Source: a bacterium (GTDB taxonomy: Bacteria; Cyanobacteriota; Vampirovibrionia; Gastranaerophilales; JAILCC01). From it: a stretch of 64,000 nucleotides of DNA. Location: NCBI GenBank assembly GCA_024680555.1, contig JAILCC010000003.1, positions 4,052 through 68,051 on the forward strand. Reading direction: 5' to 3'. Made by a program: the position numbers and the translations under genes. Below, in pieces: positions 1-8,164 of this stretch (positions are counted from its first letter, which is position 1; each line of letters opens with the position of its first letter). The notes under the pieces were generated by a model that had not been told where the DNA came from, searched no databases, and saw only the letters and a program-made list of their open reading frames with translations.

Positions 1-431
1 CTGCAAAAATTTCCAATGAGGACTTGCTGAAGCTCAATGTTGATGTTCTTGTGCCAGCTGCTACCCAAGGGCAAATTACCGAAAAGAATGCGGGTTCAAT
101 ATTGGCAAAAATCATTGCTGAAGGCGCAAACGGACCTACAACCCCGGGAGCGGATAAAATTTTGCAAAGAAGAGGTATACATGTGGTTCCCGATGTTCTT
201 GCAAATCAGGGCGGGGTTTATGTCTCACACCTTGAACACATTCAAAACAGAACAAGGGATATATGGCCTTTAAAAACTGTTTTGGATAAATTGGCAGTGC
301 AAATGAAGTCAAGGTATAACGAAGTATTCACCTATTCAATACGAAATAAAGTTTCAATGCGCAAGGCGGCGACGATGCTTGCTCTTGAAAGAATTGCCAA
401 TGCACTAAAAGCCAGAGGTAGAATTGTATAA
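1..431 (+). CDS. gdhA: Glutamate dehydrogenase (Glu/Leu/Phe/Val dehydrogenase family), C-terminal part; the 5' end is outside the window
   Basis: The frame is open from the window edge (frame of nt 3) to TAA at 429-431. The translated segment DVLVPAATQGQITEKNA...IIAEGANGPTTPGADKIL..RGIHVVPDVLANQGGVYVSHLE matches the conserved C-terminal dinucleotide-binding domain of ELFV dehydrogenases. Confidence 0.85.
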   Translation, partial: AKISNEDLLKLNVDVLVPAATQGQITEKNAGSILAKIIAEGANGPTTPGADKILQRRGIHVVPDVLANQGGVYVSHLEHIQNRTRDIWPLKTVLDKLAVQMKSRYNEVFTYSIRNKVSMRKAATMLALERIANALKARGRIV

Positions 432-527
432 TTATAATATATATAAATAATAAATTGGCATCATTAAATCGTTGATGATGCCAGTTTTTTGAAATTTTAT
501 AATGGAACTTTGCATTTTTAAAATGGT

Positions 528-676
528 GATTTTTGCAAAAAAAATCGGGATGACAGGATTTGTCTTGAGATGTAGGCGAATTTATGAGCCGTACATATCA
601 GGATACTTGAACAAGCAAACCGTAGGTTCAACCTGGAAACCGATTTTTGCAAAAAAAATCGGGATGACAGGATTTG
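528..676. repeat. Exact 35-nt direct repeat (528-562 = 642-676) duplicating the 3' end of tRNA-Pro plus its 17-nt downstream flank
   Basis: gatttttgcaaaaaaaatcgggatgacaggatttg occurs twice, 114 nt apart. The right copy overlaps the real tRNA-Pro 3' end (T-arm 3' side plus acceptor). The left copy has no tRNA body attached. Confidence 0.8.
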
Positions 677-732
677 AACCTGCGACCCCCACGTCCCGAA
701 CGTGATGCGCTACCAAACTGCGCTACATCCCG
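659..732 (-). tRNA. tRNA-Pro (anticodon CGG)
   Basis: The reverse complement reads CGGGATGTAGCGCAGTTTGGTAGCGCATCACGTTCGGGACGTGGGGGTCGCAGGTTCAAATCCTGTCATCCCGA. It has a 7-bp acceptor stem CGGGATG/CATCCCG, anticodon loop TTCGGGA, T-loop GGTTCAAATCC and no encoded CCA. Confidence 0.9.
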
Positions 733-783
733 ATATAGTATATATTACATTAAATCTATTTTGTTTTCAAAGTCTGTGTCAAT

Positions 784-878
784 AACGTGATGCTACCTCT
801 CACAAAACGATACTCAATCGTTTTGCTCGGCAGAGTCAAACAGTGCTACATACCGATATAAATATATTACATTAAAAA
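784..878 (-). pseudogene. Degenerate copy of the tRNA-Pro 5' part plus its upstream flank (tRNA fragment)
   Basis: aacgtgatgc-tacc (784-797) and gtgctacataccgatataaatatattacattaaaaa (843-878) parallel aacgtgatgcgctacc...gcgctacatcccgatatagtatatattacattaaat of the intact gene. About 45 nt of unrelated sequence interrupts the D-arm region. Confidence 0.4.
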
Positions 879-883
879 TAATA

Positions 884-2167
884 TTATACAAACATTTTCT
901 CTGCGGATATTTTTAAATTATAATCTGAAATTTTATTTAAAGCTTCTTGCTTATTTACTCCGTTGAAGTCTCTGAAGTTTCCCAGTGTCAAAATTACTTC
1001 ATAAATAATTCTTTCCGGATAATTTTTATTTAACATTTCTTTTATTTTAGGAATGTATGCAGATAATTTAAAATCAGAGATGACCGTTAATGCTAATATT
1101 ACACGTTTTTCATCATATTGTGATATTTCGTTTTCCAGTGCTGCCGTGCATTTTCTCCAAAAATCGTTTGTTGCTTCTCCGAGAAGTTCGAGTATTCCGT
1201 CCATTGCCTCAAGCGTGTGTTTGTCTTCTTCGTATTTATATTCATCTGAATTAAACATTTCAAATTGATATTTGGTTTTCAAAATCAGTACACATAATCT
1301 TGAAACCAAGTCGTTATCCTTGTTATCATTTATCAAATGAATGATTGTTTCCACGCAGTCATACAATTCAAAATCTATTATCGTGGAAAGTGGCCAAATC
1401 TCGGCAAGAGATTCGATAATGTATTGATAGCAGCATAAGGACAGGTTTCTTTCGACTTCGTCATCTGTTGTAAAGTGGTGCGATATATTATCCAGCATTG
1501 CGATATAGCCGGCAATATGTTCGGGCATTGTAGAATTTTCCATTGCCTCAAGCATTTTAGCGTATGCTTTTTTGTTGCCATACCACTGTAAAAATTGGGC
1601 TGCATCTATTTTTTCCCAATCATCTTCTGAAGCCAAGCCATTTTGAAAATAATTGTACGAGTACATATCGCATGCATCGCCAAGAGCCTTTGCCGCATTG
1701 TATTTTAACGGTTCATAGTTTGTTTTGTATGAGTCAAATAAAAATGTATTTGCTTTTCCGTCAGGGATAAATGAAAAGTATTTTGCTGCGTATGCTTTCT
1801 CATCTTCCGAACCATGTTCAATCAAATCAAGCATTTTGTTGTGGAGCTCCTCATTTGCATACGAAAATCTCAAAAGAATTTGAATAAAACATTCGTCCCA
1901 GTCAAAGGAGTGTATTTTAAATAGTTTATACAGATTTTTGTAATTGTCCTCGTTAATAACTTCGGAAAAGTATTTGCCTATATTTTGCTTGATAAAATCA
2001 AAAATATTATCGGAATGCTCAACGAAGCATCTCCACGCATCCATATCCGAAGTATCTATTATGTGTTTTGCTGCTGCAAGGGCAACATTTCTGTCTTTTG
2101 ATGTTAAATCGGTTGCGTATTTGTTCTCAAGTTTCATAAGTGCTCCTTCAGCATTATTATAATCCAT
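884..2167 (-). CDS. Hypothetical protein, HEAT/PBS-lyase-like helical repeat protein
   Basis: 427-aa ORF. Recurrent helical-repeat signatures are present (DRNVALAAAKHI, YNAAKALGDACD, VILTLGNFRD) and there are no enzymatic motifs. The functional call is weak. Confidence 0.5.
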   Translation of the reverse strand: MDYNNAEGALMKLENKYATDLTSKDRNVALAAAKHIIDTSDMDAWRCFVEHSDNIFDFIKQNIGKYFSEVINEDNYKNLYKLFKIHSFDWDECFIQILLRFSYANEELHNKMLDLIEHGSEDEKAYAAKYFSFIPDGKANTFLFDSYKTNYEPLKYNAAKALGDACDMYSYNYFQNGLASEDDWEKIDAAQFLQWYGNKKAYAKMLEAMENSTMPEHIAGYIAMLDNISHHFTTDDEVERNLSLCCYQYIIESLAEIWPLSTIIDFELYDCVETIIHLINDNKDNDLVSRLCVLILKTKYQFEMFNSDEYKYEEDKHTLEAMDGILELLGEATNDFWRKCTAALENEISQYDEKRVILALTVISDFKLSAYIPKIKEMLNKNYPERIIYEVILTLGNFRDFNGVNKQEALNKISDYNLKISAEKMFV

Positions 2168-2214
2168 TTTTATTTAATAACCAAATTTATTTTTTACGTG
2201 ATAACATAATTGGT

Positions 2215-2703
2215 ATGGAGAACACGTTTTCAACAATTTCAAATAGTATTGAGGATACAAAAAATATTGCAGAAAAACTCTCATTATTTTTGAAAAATAA
2301 TGGCGGTCTGATTTGTATGTATGGCGATATCGGCGCAGGTAAAACTGCCCTGACTTCTATGTGTGCAAAATTTCTCGGCGTAAAAGAAAAGGTAACAAGT
2401 CCGAGTTTTGTCATTCTTAATGAATATCATTCCGGTGAAATTGATATTTATCATTTTGATTTATATCGCCTTGAAAACGAGGGTTTGCGCTCCATTATTG
2501 AAGAATTAAGAACTTATAGCGAGGATAAACATTCATTAACTTTTGTTGAATGGGCAGAATTTTCTGATGGTGAATTGGATGTTAATAGGCTTGAAATTTT
2601 GATAAAATACAAAGGAGATACACAGAGGGAATTTGTATTTAAAAATATAAGTTTTTCTACAGCTGATGATTTTAATAAACTGGAAACGGAACTGAAACGA
2701 TGA
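2215..2703 (+). CDS. tsaE: tRNA threonylcarbamoyladenosine (t6A) biosynthesis ATPase TsaE
   Basis: P-loop GDIGAGKTALT followed by TSPSFVILNEY...IYHFDLYRL, the TsaE/YjeE signature. The start is set at ATG 2215 (MENTF...) rather than 2140 to avoid overlap with the divergent gene ending at 2167. The stop overlaps the tsaB start (ATGA). Confidence 0.85.
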   Translation: MENTFSTISNSIEDTKNIAEKLSLFLKNNGGLICMYGDIGAGKTALTSMCAKFLGVKEKVTSPSFVILNEYHSGEIDIYHFDLYRLENEGLRSIIEELRTYSEDKHSLTFVEWAEFSDGELDVNRLEILIKYKGDTQREFVFKNISFSTADDFNKLETELKR

Positions 2704-3332
2704 ATATATTGGCATTTGATACAGGCTTAAATAAAACATATATTGCTCTAAAGTGCGGGAATGAGTTTTTTTCTGAAACTGTCGAAAGTACTGACGACAA
2801 GTACCATAGCGCATTTTTAATTCAGAAGATTGTTGGCATTCTATCCGAACATAGTTTGCGTGCGCAAGATATAGATTTGTTTGCGACTAATGTCGGTCCC
2901 GGAAGCTTTACCGGTATCAGGGTTGGTTTAACTGTCGCCAGAGGGTTGGCGCAAGGTACTCAAAAAAAAGCCGTCGGAATAAATTCTCTTGAGCTAATTT
3001 CTGCTGCGTACGGCTTGCCTGCGATTGCTATTTTGGATGCAAGAAAAAACAAAGCGTATGTCGGTAATAATGAAAAAGTTGAACTCGTTGATTTGGAAAA
3101 TTTGCCAACACGGCTAAGGAATTTTGACGGACAAATCATTGCTGATACAAAAATGCATGAATTTCTGTACGAAAATGGTGTTATTGCCTGCAATTTTGAA
3201 AAAGAGGGCAGAAATTACGGACGTGTTTTAATTGAATTAGCTTTGAAAAAATATGATATGGGTAATGCGGTGCAATGGCAGGAATTAAAACCTTTGTACA
3301 TACAACCGCCACCGATACATGTAAAAAGCTAG
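2700..3332 (+). CDS. tsaB: t6A biosynthesis protein TsaB (YeaZ family)
   Basis: MNILAFDTG...N-terminal ASKHA start and the GPGSFTGIRVGLTVARGLA motif. It is translationally coupled to tsaE. Confidence 0.85.
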   Translation: MNILAFDTGLNKTYIALKCGNEFFSETVESTDDKYHSAFLIQKIVGILSEHSLRAQDIDLFATNVGPGSFTGIRVGLTVARGLAQGTQKKAVGINSLELISAAYGLPAIAILDARKNKAYVGNNEKVELVDLENLPTRLRNFDGQIIADTKMHEFLYENGVIACNFEKEGRNYGRVLIELALKKYDMGNAVQWQELKPLYIQPPPIHVKS

Positions 3333-3387
3333 GCTATTTTAATTTGCCAAAATGCTATTATTGGTGTCTAATGCCGTGAGGCAGCAC

Positions 3388-4164
3388 CTATTCGCAGGCT
3401 TCTGCCCCAAAGATAAGTGCAAGGTCCGGAATAATGCTTTGATATGTCATTTCAAATGTAACAGGTGTTATTGATATTTTTTTGTTTAAAACCGCTGAAA
3501 TATCAGAACCGGGATCGTCATTCTTTTCGATTGGTTCACCTGCCATCCAATAATATACTTTTCCTCTTGGATCAAAGCGTTTTTCATACGCATCCGTATA
3601 CATTCTTGTGCCGAGGTGGGCAACGCAAACCCCCTTTATATCCTTTAATTCGCCTTCGGGAACATTGACGTTAAGAATTGTTTTCTTGGGGAAGTTTATG
3701 TTGTGAATTTTTCTGATAAATTCTCTTGCGTAGTCTGCGGTCGGTTGAAAATTGTATGAATCTCCGTTGAGGTCAGCAAGCGAGAGTGCAATGCTCGGAA
3801 AGCCGAGAACAGCGCCTTCCATGGCAACGCTTACCGTACCGGAGTACAGAACATCCGAACCGAGGTTTGGGCCGTGGTTAATTCCAGAAATAATAAGGTC
3901 GGGTTTTTCTTCAAGAAGTGAAGTTACGCCCAATTTTATGCAGTCTGCGGGAGTACCCGAGATTGCGAATGCTTTAGCAACCGGAATACCTATGTTAACT
4001 TCTCTTACCCGAATCGGCACATTTAAGGAAAGTGCGTGACCTGCTGCGCTTCGTTCTTGGTCCGGAGCAACAATATACACTTCGTGTTCAGGGCATAGTG
4101 CTTTTGCAAGCGTTTGAATGCCTGCTGCTTGTATGCCGTCATCGTTTGCAATAAGTATTCTCAT
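3388..4164 (-). CDS. surE: 5'/3'-nucleotidase SurE
   Basis: MRILIANDDGI N-terminus, GINHGPNLG and YSGTVSVAMEG motifs typical of SurE. Confidence 0.9.
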   Translation of the reverse strand: MRILIANDDGIQAAGIQTLAKALCPEHEVYIVAPDQERSAAGHALSLNVPIRVREVNIGIPVAKAFAISGTPADCIKLGVTSLLEEKPDLIISGINHGPNLGSDVLYSGTVSVAMEGAVLGFPSIALSLADLNGDSYNFQPTADYAREFIRKIHNINFPKKTILNVNVPEGELKDIKGVCVAHLGTRMYTDAYEKRFDPRGKVYYWMAGEPIEKNDDPGSDISAVLNKKISITPVTFEMTYQSIIPDLALIFGAEACE

Positions 4165-4255
4165 AAATATCCTTTCATAAACTTTGCTACTATTATTTTA
4201 ACGTATTTTTAGCCTATAGGCAACCTGTAGAGAGAATTATGAAAGACAATAATTA

Positions 4256-5266
4256 TTATTCTTTTTGAAGATTTTCTTCAATAACTTTTCGCAATTTTTT
4301 TACAGCCTCAGGCTTTCTGATTGATAAAAGTTTTTCGTCTGGAGACATAATTTTTGGGGCGTGTTTTTTGTATCGTGGATTTTTTAACATTGATATTTCT
4401 TTGTTTATTGCATCAAGCATTTTTTCTTGGTTCAAACCAATTATTTCTGATATTTCAAGAAATTCATCGGGGGAAGAATTTCCAGTGCGTAATAATTTTG
4501 TTGCGAGTCCTCCTGCCTTATAAGCTTCTGCTTCGGTTTTTATTTTTGGTTTTAGTTGTTTAAGCAGTTTTATTTTTTCGGATATTGGAACATCTGCTAA
4601 TTCTTGTCTTAAAAAGCGTCTGAAAAATGTGATAATACTTTTATCCTTTAAAATGTATTTTATTTCTCGTCCATTTTTGACTCTTCCGCTTAAATCACTG
4701 AGATTACAAATACTTGCGAGCATATCTTGGATATTATCAAATTTTGATTTGAGTTTTGTATTTATTGTTGGTTTGTGTGTTTTGGGATTTAATTTTTGTA
4801 AAATTTTACCTGAAAATCTTTTAATGGGAGTAAGTATTGATGATTTTTCTATATCCAGATAGTGTCTGAATTCATGTATGGTTGCGCTTATAAAATCTAA
4901 CGGTCTTTGAAACCAAGGGTTGTTTGGTATGAATATCAATGCCGAATCTTTGCTGCCAACAATGGTTGATGCTGATTCCATTAAATCAAACAATGCTCCC
5001 GGAAGCTTTGGAGTTCCTGCCCAGTTTTCTGATATAAAGTTGGCTGCTTCTTCACCTGAAGAAGTTATTATTGGCTGCTTTACCCCTGTTGGCATGCTCA
5101 TCGCAAAAACCTTGGAAGCTGTTGAAACGTTTAGAGGTTGTCCTAATTTTGATTCCATTGCAAGTTTTTTGGCTGCCCTTGAAACGGTTTGACCTATTTG
5201 TTTCTCAGAACAAATTCCAAAAAATCTGTTTAATATGTATGTTGCGCTACCGGATGCAATTTTCAC
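4256..5266 (-). CDS. Hypothetical protein with an HExxH motif (possible zinc metallopeptidase-like protein) and a Lys-rich C-terminal half
   Basis: 336-aa ORF with no recognisable family. It has a single HEFRH (HExxH) about 130 aa from the N-terminus and a basic helical tail. See also ORF 45934-46719. Confidence 0.45.
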   Translation of the reverse strand: MKIASGSATYILNRFFGICSEKQIGQTVSRAAKKLAMESKLGQPLNVSTASKVFAMSMPTGVKQPIITSSGEEAANFISENWAGTPKLPGALFDLMESASTIVGSKDSALIFIPNNPWFQRPLDFISATIHEFRHYLDIEKSSILTPIKRFSGKILQKLNPKTHKPTINTKLKSKFDNIQDMLASICNLSDLSGRVKNGREIKYILKDKSIITFFRRFLRQELADVPISEKIKLLKQLKPKIKTEAEAYKAGGLATKLLRTGNSSPDEFLEISEIIGLNQEKMLDAINKEISMLKNPRYKKHAPKIMSPDEKLLSIRKPEAVKKLRKVIEENLQKE

Positions 5267-5377
5267 GATAAATTACCTGTTAACCTTTGATACATGTATA
5301 AAATAGGGAGACTTTTTTTATTGCTACTTTGTTTTGTGTATGTTGGCTTTATTATTAATGCGTTGTATCATGTCTTT

Positions 5378-6535
5378 ATGAAAAGAAGAATTATTGCATT
5401 AGTTGATTGTGATTCATTTTTTGTATCTTGTGAGCAGGCAGAAAACCCTGAACTCAAAGGTAAACCGGTATGCGTTTTGAGTAATAATGACGGATGCATT
5501 GTTTCTCGTTCAAAAGAAGCCAAAGCGCTCGGCATAAAAATGGGTATGCCGTTATTTATGGCAAAAAAAGAATTTCCTAATGCAATATATGTTTCGGGGC
5601 ACCACAAAATTTATAAAAAGTATTCCAAAAAAGTAATGGATTGTCTAAAAGAGTTTTCACCCGATGTGGAAATCTATTCGATTGACGAAGCGTTTGTTGA
5701 CCTCACCGGCACGAGAAAACTCCATAAAAAAAATTACATAGAAATTGTCAAAGATATAAGAAATATTATTCTCGAAAAAACAGATATACCTGTATCTATT
5801 GGCATAAGTACTTCTAAAACACTTGCAAAACTAGCAAGTGACAAAGCAAAAAATACGGGCGGAATATATTCTATAGGTACAATGAAAATCAAAAAAGTCC
5901 TCTCTGAAACTCCGATAGAAGAAGTCTGGGGCATAGGTAAGAACAATACAAAAGCGCTGCATAAAAAAGGTATTTTGCTATGTTCTGAGCTTATTGAAAT
6001 GACAGATGCCTCTTTAAAAGCTTTGTTTGGTATAACAGGTGTTGAACTTAAATACGAACTTATGGGGGAAGCAATTTTTTCCGTTGACGCCGATTATAAA
6101 GCGCCCAAATCTATACAGGATACTTCTGCATTCGGAATATTTACATCTGACTTGCAATATATAAAAAAAGCTCTGAATGAGCATATTCATATTGCATGTA
6201 AAAAATTACGGAAACATGGCGGGTATTGCTCTAGCGTGGGTGTTATGCTCAGAACGAAAGATTTCAGGGTAACTTGGAACAAAAAAAATCTCACTATTCC
6301 GACAAATTTTGAGCTTGAAATTTCAAAAACCGCAATGGAACTTCTTGAAGGACTCTACAAAAATGGTGTACTCTATCGTGCCACGGGTATATATTTGAAC
6401 GATTTAACCTGCACAAAAGATATTCAGACGACCTTGTTTGAAGAATTAAAACAAAATGAAAACGACAACCTTGCCAAAACACTGGATAAATTGGAGGAGA
6501 AATTCGGGCACAATATTGTCAGAACAGGATACTAA
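5378..6535 (+). CDS. Y-family DNA polymerase, UmuC/DinB-like (translesion synthesis)
   Basis: IIALVDCDSFFVSCEQ...KGKPVCVLSNNDGCIVSRSKEAKALGIKMGMP is the UmuC-type N-terminal catalytic signature, and SIDEAFVDLTG is also present. The start is placed at ATG 5378 (MKRRIIAL). The 28-aa hydrophobic extension from 5294 looks spurious. Confidence 0.85.
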   Translation: MKRRIIALVDCDSFFVSCEQAENPELKGKPVCVLSNNDGCIVSRSKEAKALGIKMGMPLFMAKKEFPNAIYVSGHHKIYKKYSKKVMDCLKEFSPDVEIYSIDEAFVDLTGTRKLHKKNYIEIVKDIRNIILEKTDIPVSIGISTSKTLAKLASDKAKNTGGIYSIGTMKIKKVLSETPIEEVWGIGKNNTKALHKKGILLCSELIEMTDASLKALFGITGVELKYELMGEAIFSVDADYKAPKSIQDTSAFGIFTSDLQYIKKALNEHIHIACKKLRKHGGYCSSVGVMLRTKDFRVTWNKKNLTIPTNFELEISKTAMELLEGLYKNGVLYRATGIYLNDLTCTKDIQTTLFEELKQNENDNLAKTLDKLEEKFGHNIVRTGY

Positions 6536-6620
6536 CATGTAAATTCAACTTTTAAGATGATTTTTTTATGGCTTTTTATTTGTAGTATTTATCTGTAAAT
6601 AGTTTTGGATAGGAAAAAAC

Positions 6621-6884
6621 ATGGCTTTAACTAGAAAATGTACAAGACTTATTAGCTCTACAGACAGAAAGTATCGCTCTAAAAGAAAAAGTTTATCACA
6701 ATCAATAAGTAAAAATTGGACTGACCAGGCAATTGCTTGTTATAGAAGCAATCAAAACTGTTCAGCCTGCTCAATAAATTCGGGCAATTATTCATTTGTT
6801 TGCCAAATGCCCAAAGTTATAAAATCTTTATTAAAAGAAATAGGCAGACCTGAATTAACAGTCAAAGCTAAAAAACTTGCCTAG
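6621..6884 (+). CDS. Small basic Cys-containing hypothetical protein (87 aa)
   Basis: ORF with a purine-rich stretch (ggataggaaaaaac) before the ATG, a basic N-terminus (RKYRSKRKS) and a C..C-x2-C..C pattern (CYRSNQNCSACS...FVC). No family was recognised. Confidence 0.4.
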   Translation: MALTRKCTRLISSTDRKYRSKRKSLSQSISKNWTDQAIACYRSNQNCSACSINSGNYSFVCQMPKVIKSLLKEIGRPELTVKAKKLA

Positions 6885-7040
6885 TGCTGCGCACACAAAT
6901 TAGCTACCAATTATTAAAAAGTACTCATCAATTAACGCCCCCCTGGGGTGCTGCGCACACAAATTAGCTACCAATTATTAAAAAGTGCTCATCAATTATC
7001 GCCCCCCTGGGGTGCTGCGCACACAAATAAGCTACCATCT
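6884..7040. repeat. 64-bp tandem repeat, about 2.4 copies, intergenic
   Basis: The unit gtgctgcgcacacaaattagctaccaattattaaaaagt(a/g)ctcatcaatta(a/t)cgcccccctgg starts at 6884, 6948 and 7012 (the last copy is partial). It begins on the stop codon of ORF 6621-6884 and ends about 28 nt before dprA. Confidence 0.9.
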
Positions 7041-7067
7041 TATTATATTTCATGCTACCCTTAAAGT

Positions 7068-8162
7068 ATGAATAAGGAATTGAAATATTGGCTTGCGTTT
7101 TCAAAATTAGAAGGCGTTGGTTCTGCAAGTTTATTTGACATATATAATCATTTTCAAAGCATGGAAGCTGCATGGATTGCTTCCTCTTTGGACTGGCAAG
7201 AAGTAAAACAACTCAGAAACTCAACCATTTCCGCATTCAAAGAAAAGCAAAAAGAAATAGATACGGAAAAGCTTTTGGATGATTTTTTATCGAAAAATAT
7301 CGGTGTTGTTACTATTGCGGATGAAAGTTTTCCGGAATGTTTAAAAAATATCGACGATGCGCCTGCTATATTATTTTATAAAGGTGATTTTTTAAACAAA
7401 GATTTCGGGAAAACACTTGCTATAGTGGGAAGTCGTAGATGTACGTCGAGTGCGGTTGAAAACACAAAAGCAATAATAAAAGGGCTCAAACCTGCCAATG
7501 CCGTTATTGTAAGCGGCGGTGCGTATGGCATTGATACGGCTGCGCATACCGGTGCATTGGAAGCGGGTATGGAAACGATAGTTGTTCTTGGCGGAGGTTT
7601 AGAACACTTATACCCTAATCAAAATATTCCGATGTTCAAAAAAGTTCTTGAAAATAACGGAGTATTATTGAGCGAATATTATCCCGAAACTAAACCTGAT
7701 GTATACAGATTTCCGCAAAGAAACCGCATAATATCTGGACTTTCAAGAGGAACGCTCGTTGTTGAGGCTAACATAAAAAGCGGCGCTTTAATCACGGCAA
7801 AATTATGCTTGGAGCAAGGAAAAGAGCTGATGTGTATGCCGGGGCTTTTGTCAAATCCCAATACACAAGGCACTCACAAGCTTTTAAAAGAAGGTGCAGC
7901 ACTTGTGACAATGAGCGAAGATATAATTGATTGCTTGGGATGGGAAATGCAAGAACAAAACAAAGTATCTTCAACTGAGTTAAATGGCTTGTCGGATGAC
8001 GAGCAGGCTATTATAGAAGTTATTTCTTATGAGCCTACAAACATTGAAAAAATTGCATCAAAAACAAAGATTGATATAAATAATTTGATGATTATGTTGA
8101 CAATGTTAGAACTTAAAGGCATAATCAAACAGTTACCGGGCGAAATTTATATGAAAGTTTAA
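7068..8162 (+). CDS. dprA: DNA processing protein DprA (Smf)
   Basis: LAIVGSRRCT..., VSGGAYGIDTAAH and RFPQRNRIISGLSRGTLVVEA...SGALITA motifs are present, and there is a C-terminal winged-helix-like tail. Confidence 0.9.
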   Translation: MNKELKYWLAFSKLEGVGSASLFDIYNHFQSMEAAWIASSLDWQEVKQLRNSTISAFKEKQKEIDTEKLLDDFLSKNIGVVTIADESFPECLKNIDDAPAILFYKGDFLNKDFGKTLAIVGSRRCTSSAVENTKAIIKGLKPANAVIVSGGAYGIDTAAHTGALEAGMETIVVLGGGLEHLYPNQNIPMFKKVLENNGVLLSEYYPETKPDVYRFPQRNRIISGLSRGTLVVEANIKSGALITAKLCLEQGKELMCMPGLLSNPNTQGTHKLLKEGAALVTMSEDIIDCLGWEMQEQNKVSSTELNGLSDDEQAIIEVISYEPTNIEKIASKTKIDINNLMIMLTMLELKGIIKQLPGEIYMKV

Positions 8163-8164
8163 CC

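Noticed and set aside
502-705. 67-aa plus-strand ORF
   Set aside because: It runs through the tRNA-Pro gene and its duplicated 3' end. Its internal repeat (IFAKKIGMTGF twice) simply mirrors the 35-nt DNA repeat.
5294-5377. 28-aa N-terminal extension of the Y-family polymerase (track start at 5294)
   Set aside because: The extension is a hydrophobic stretch unrelated to polymerase N-termini. The conserved catalytic start (IIALVDCDSFF) follows directly after the ATG at 5378.
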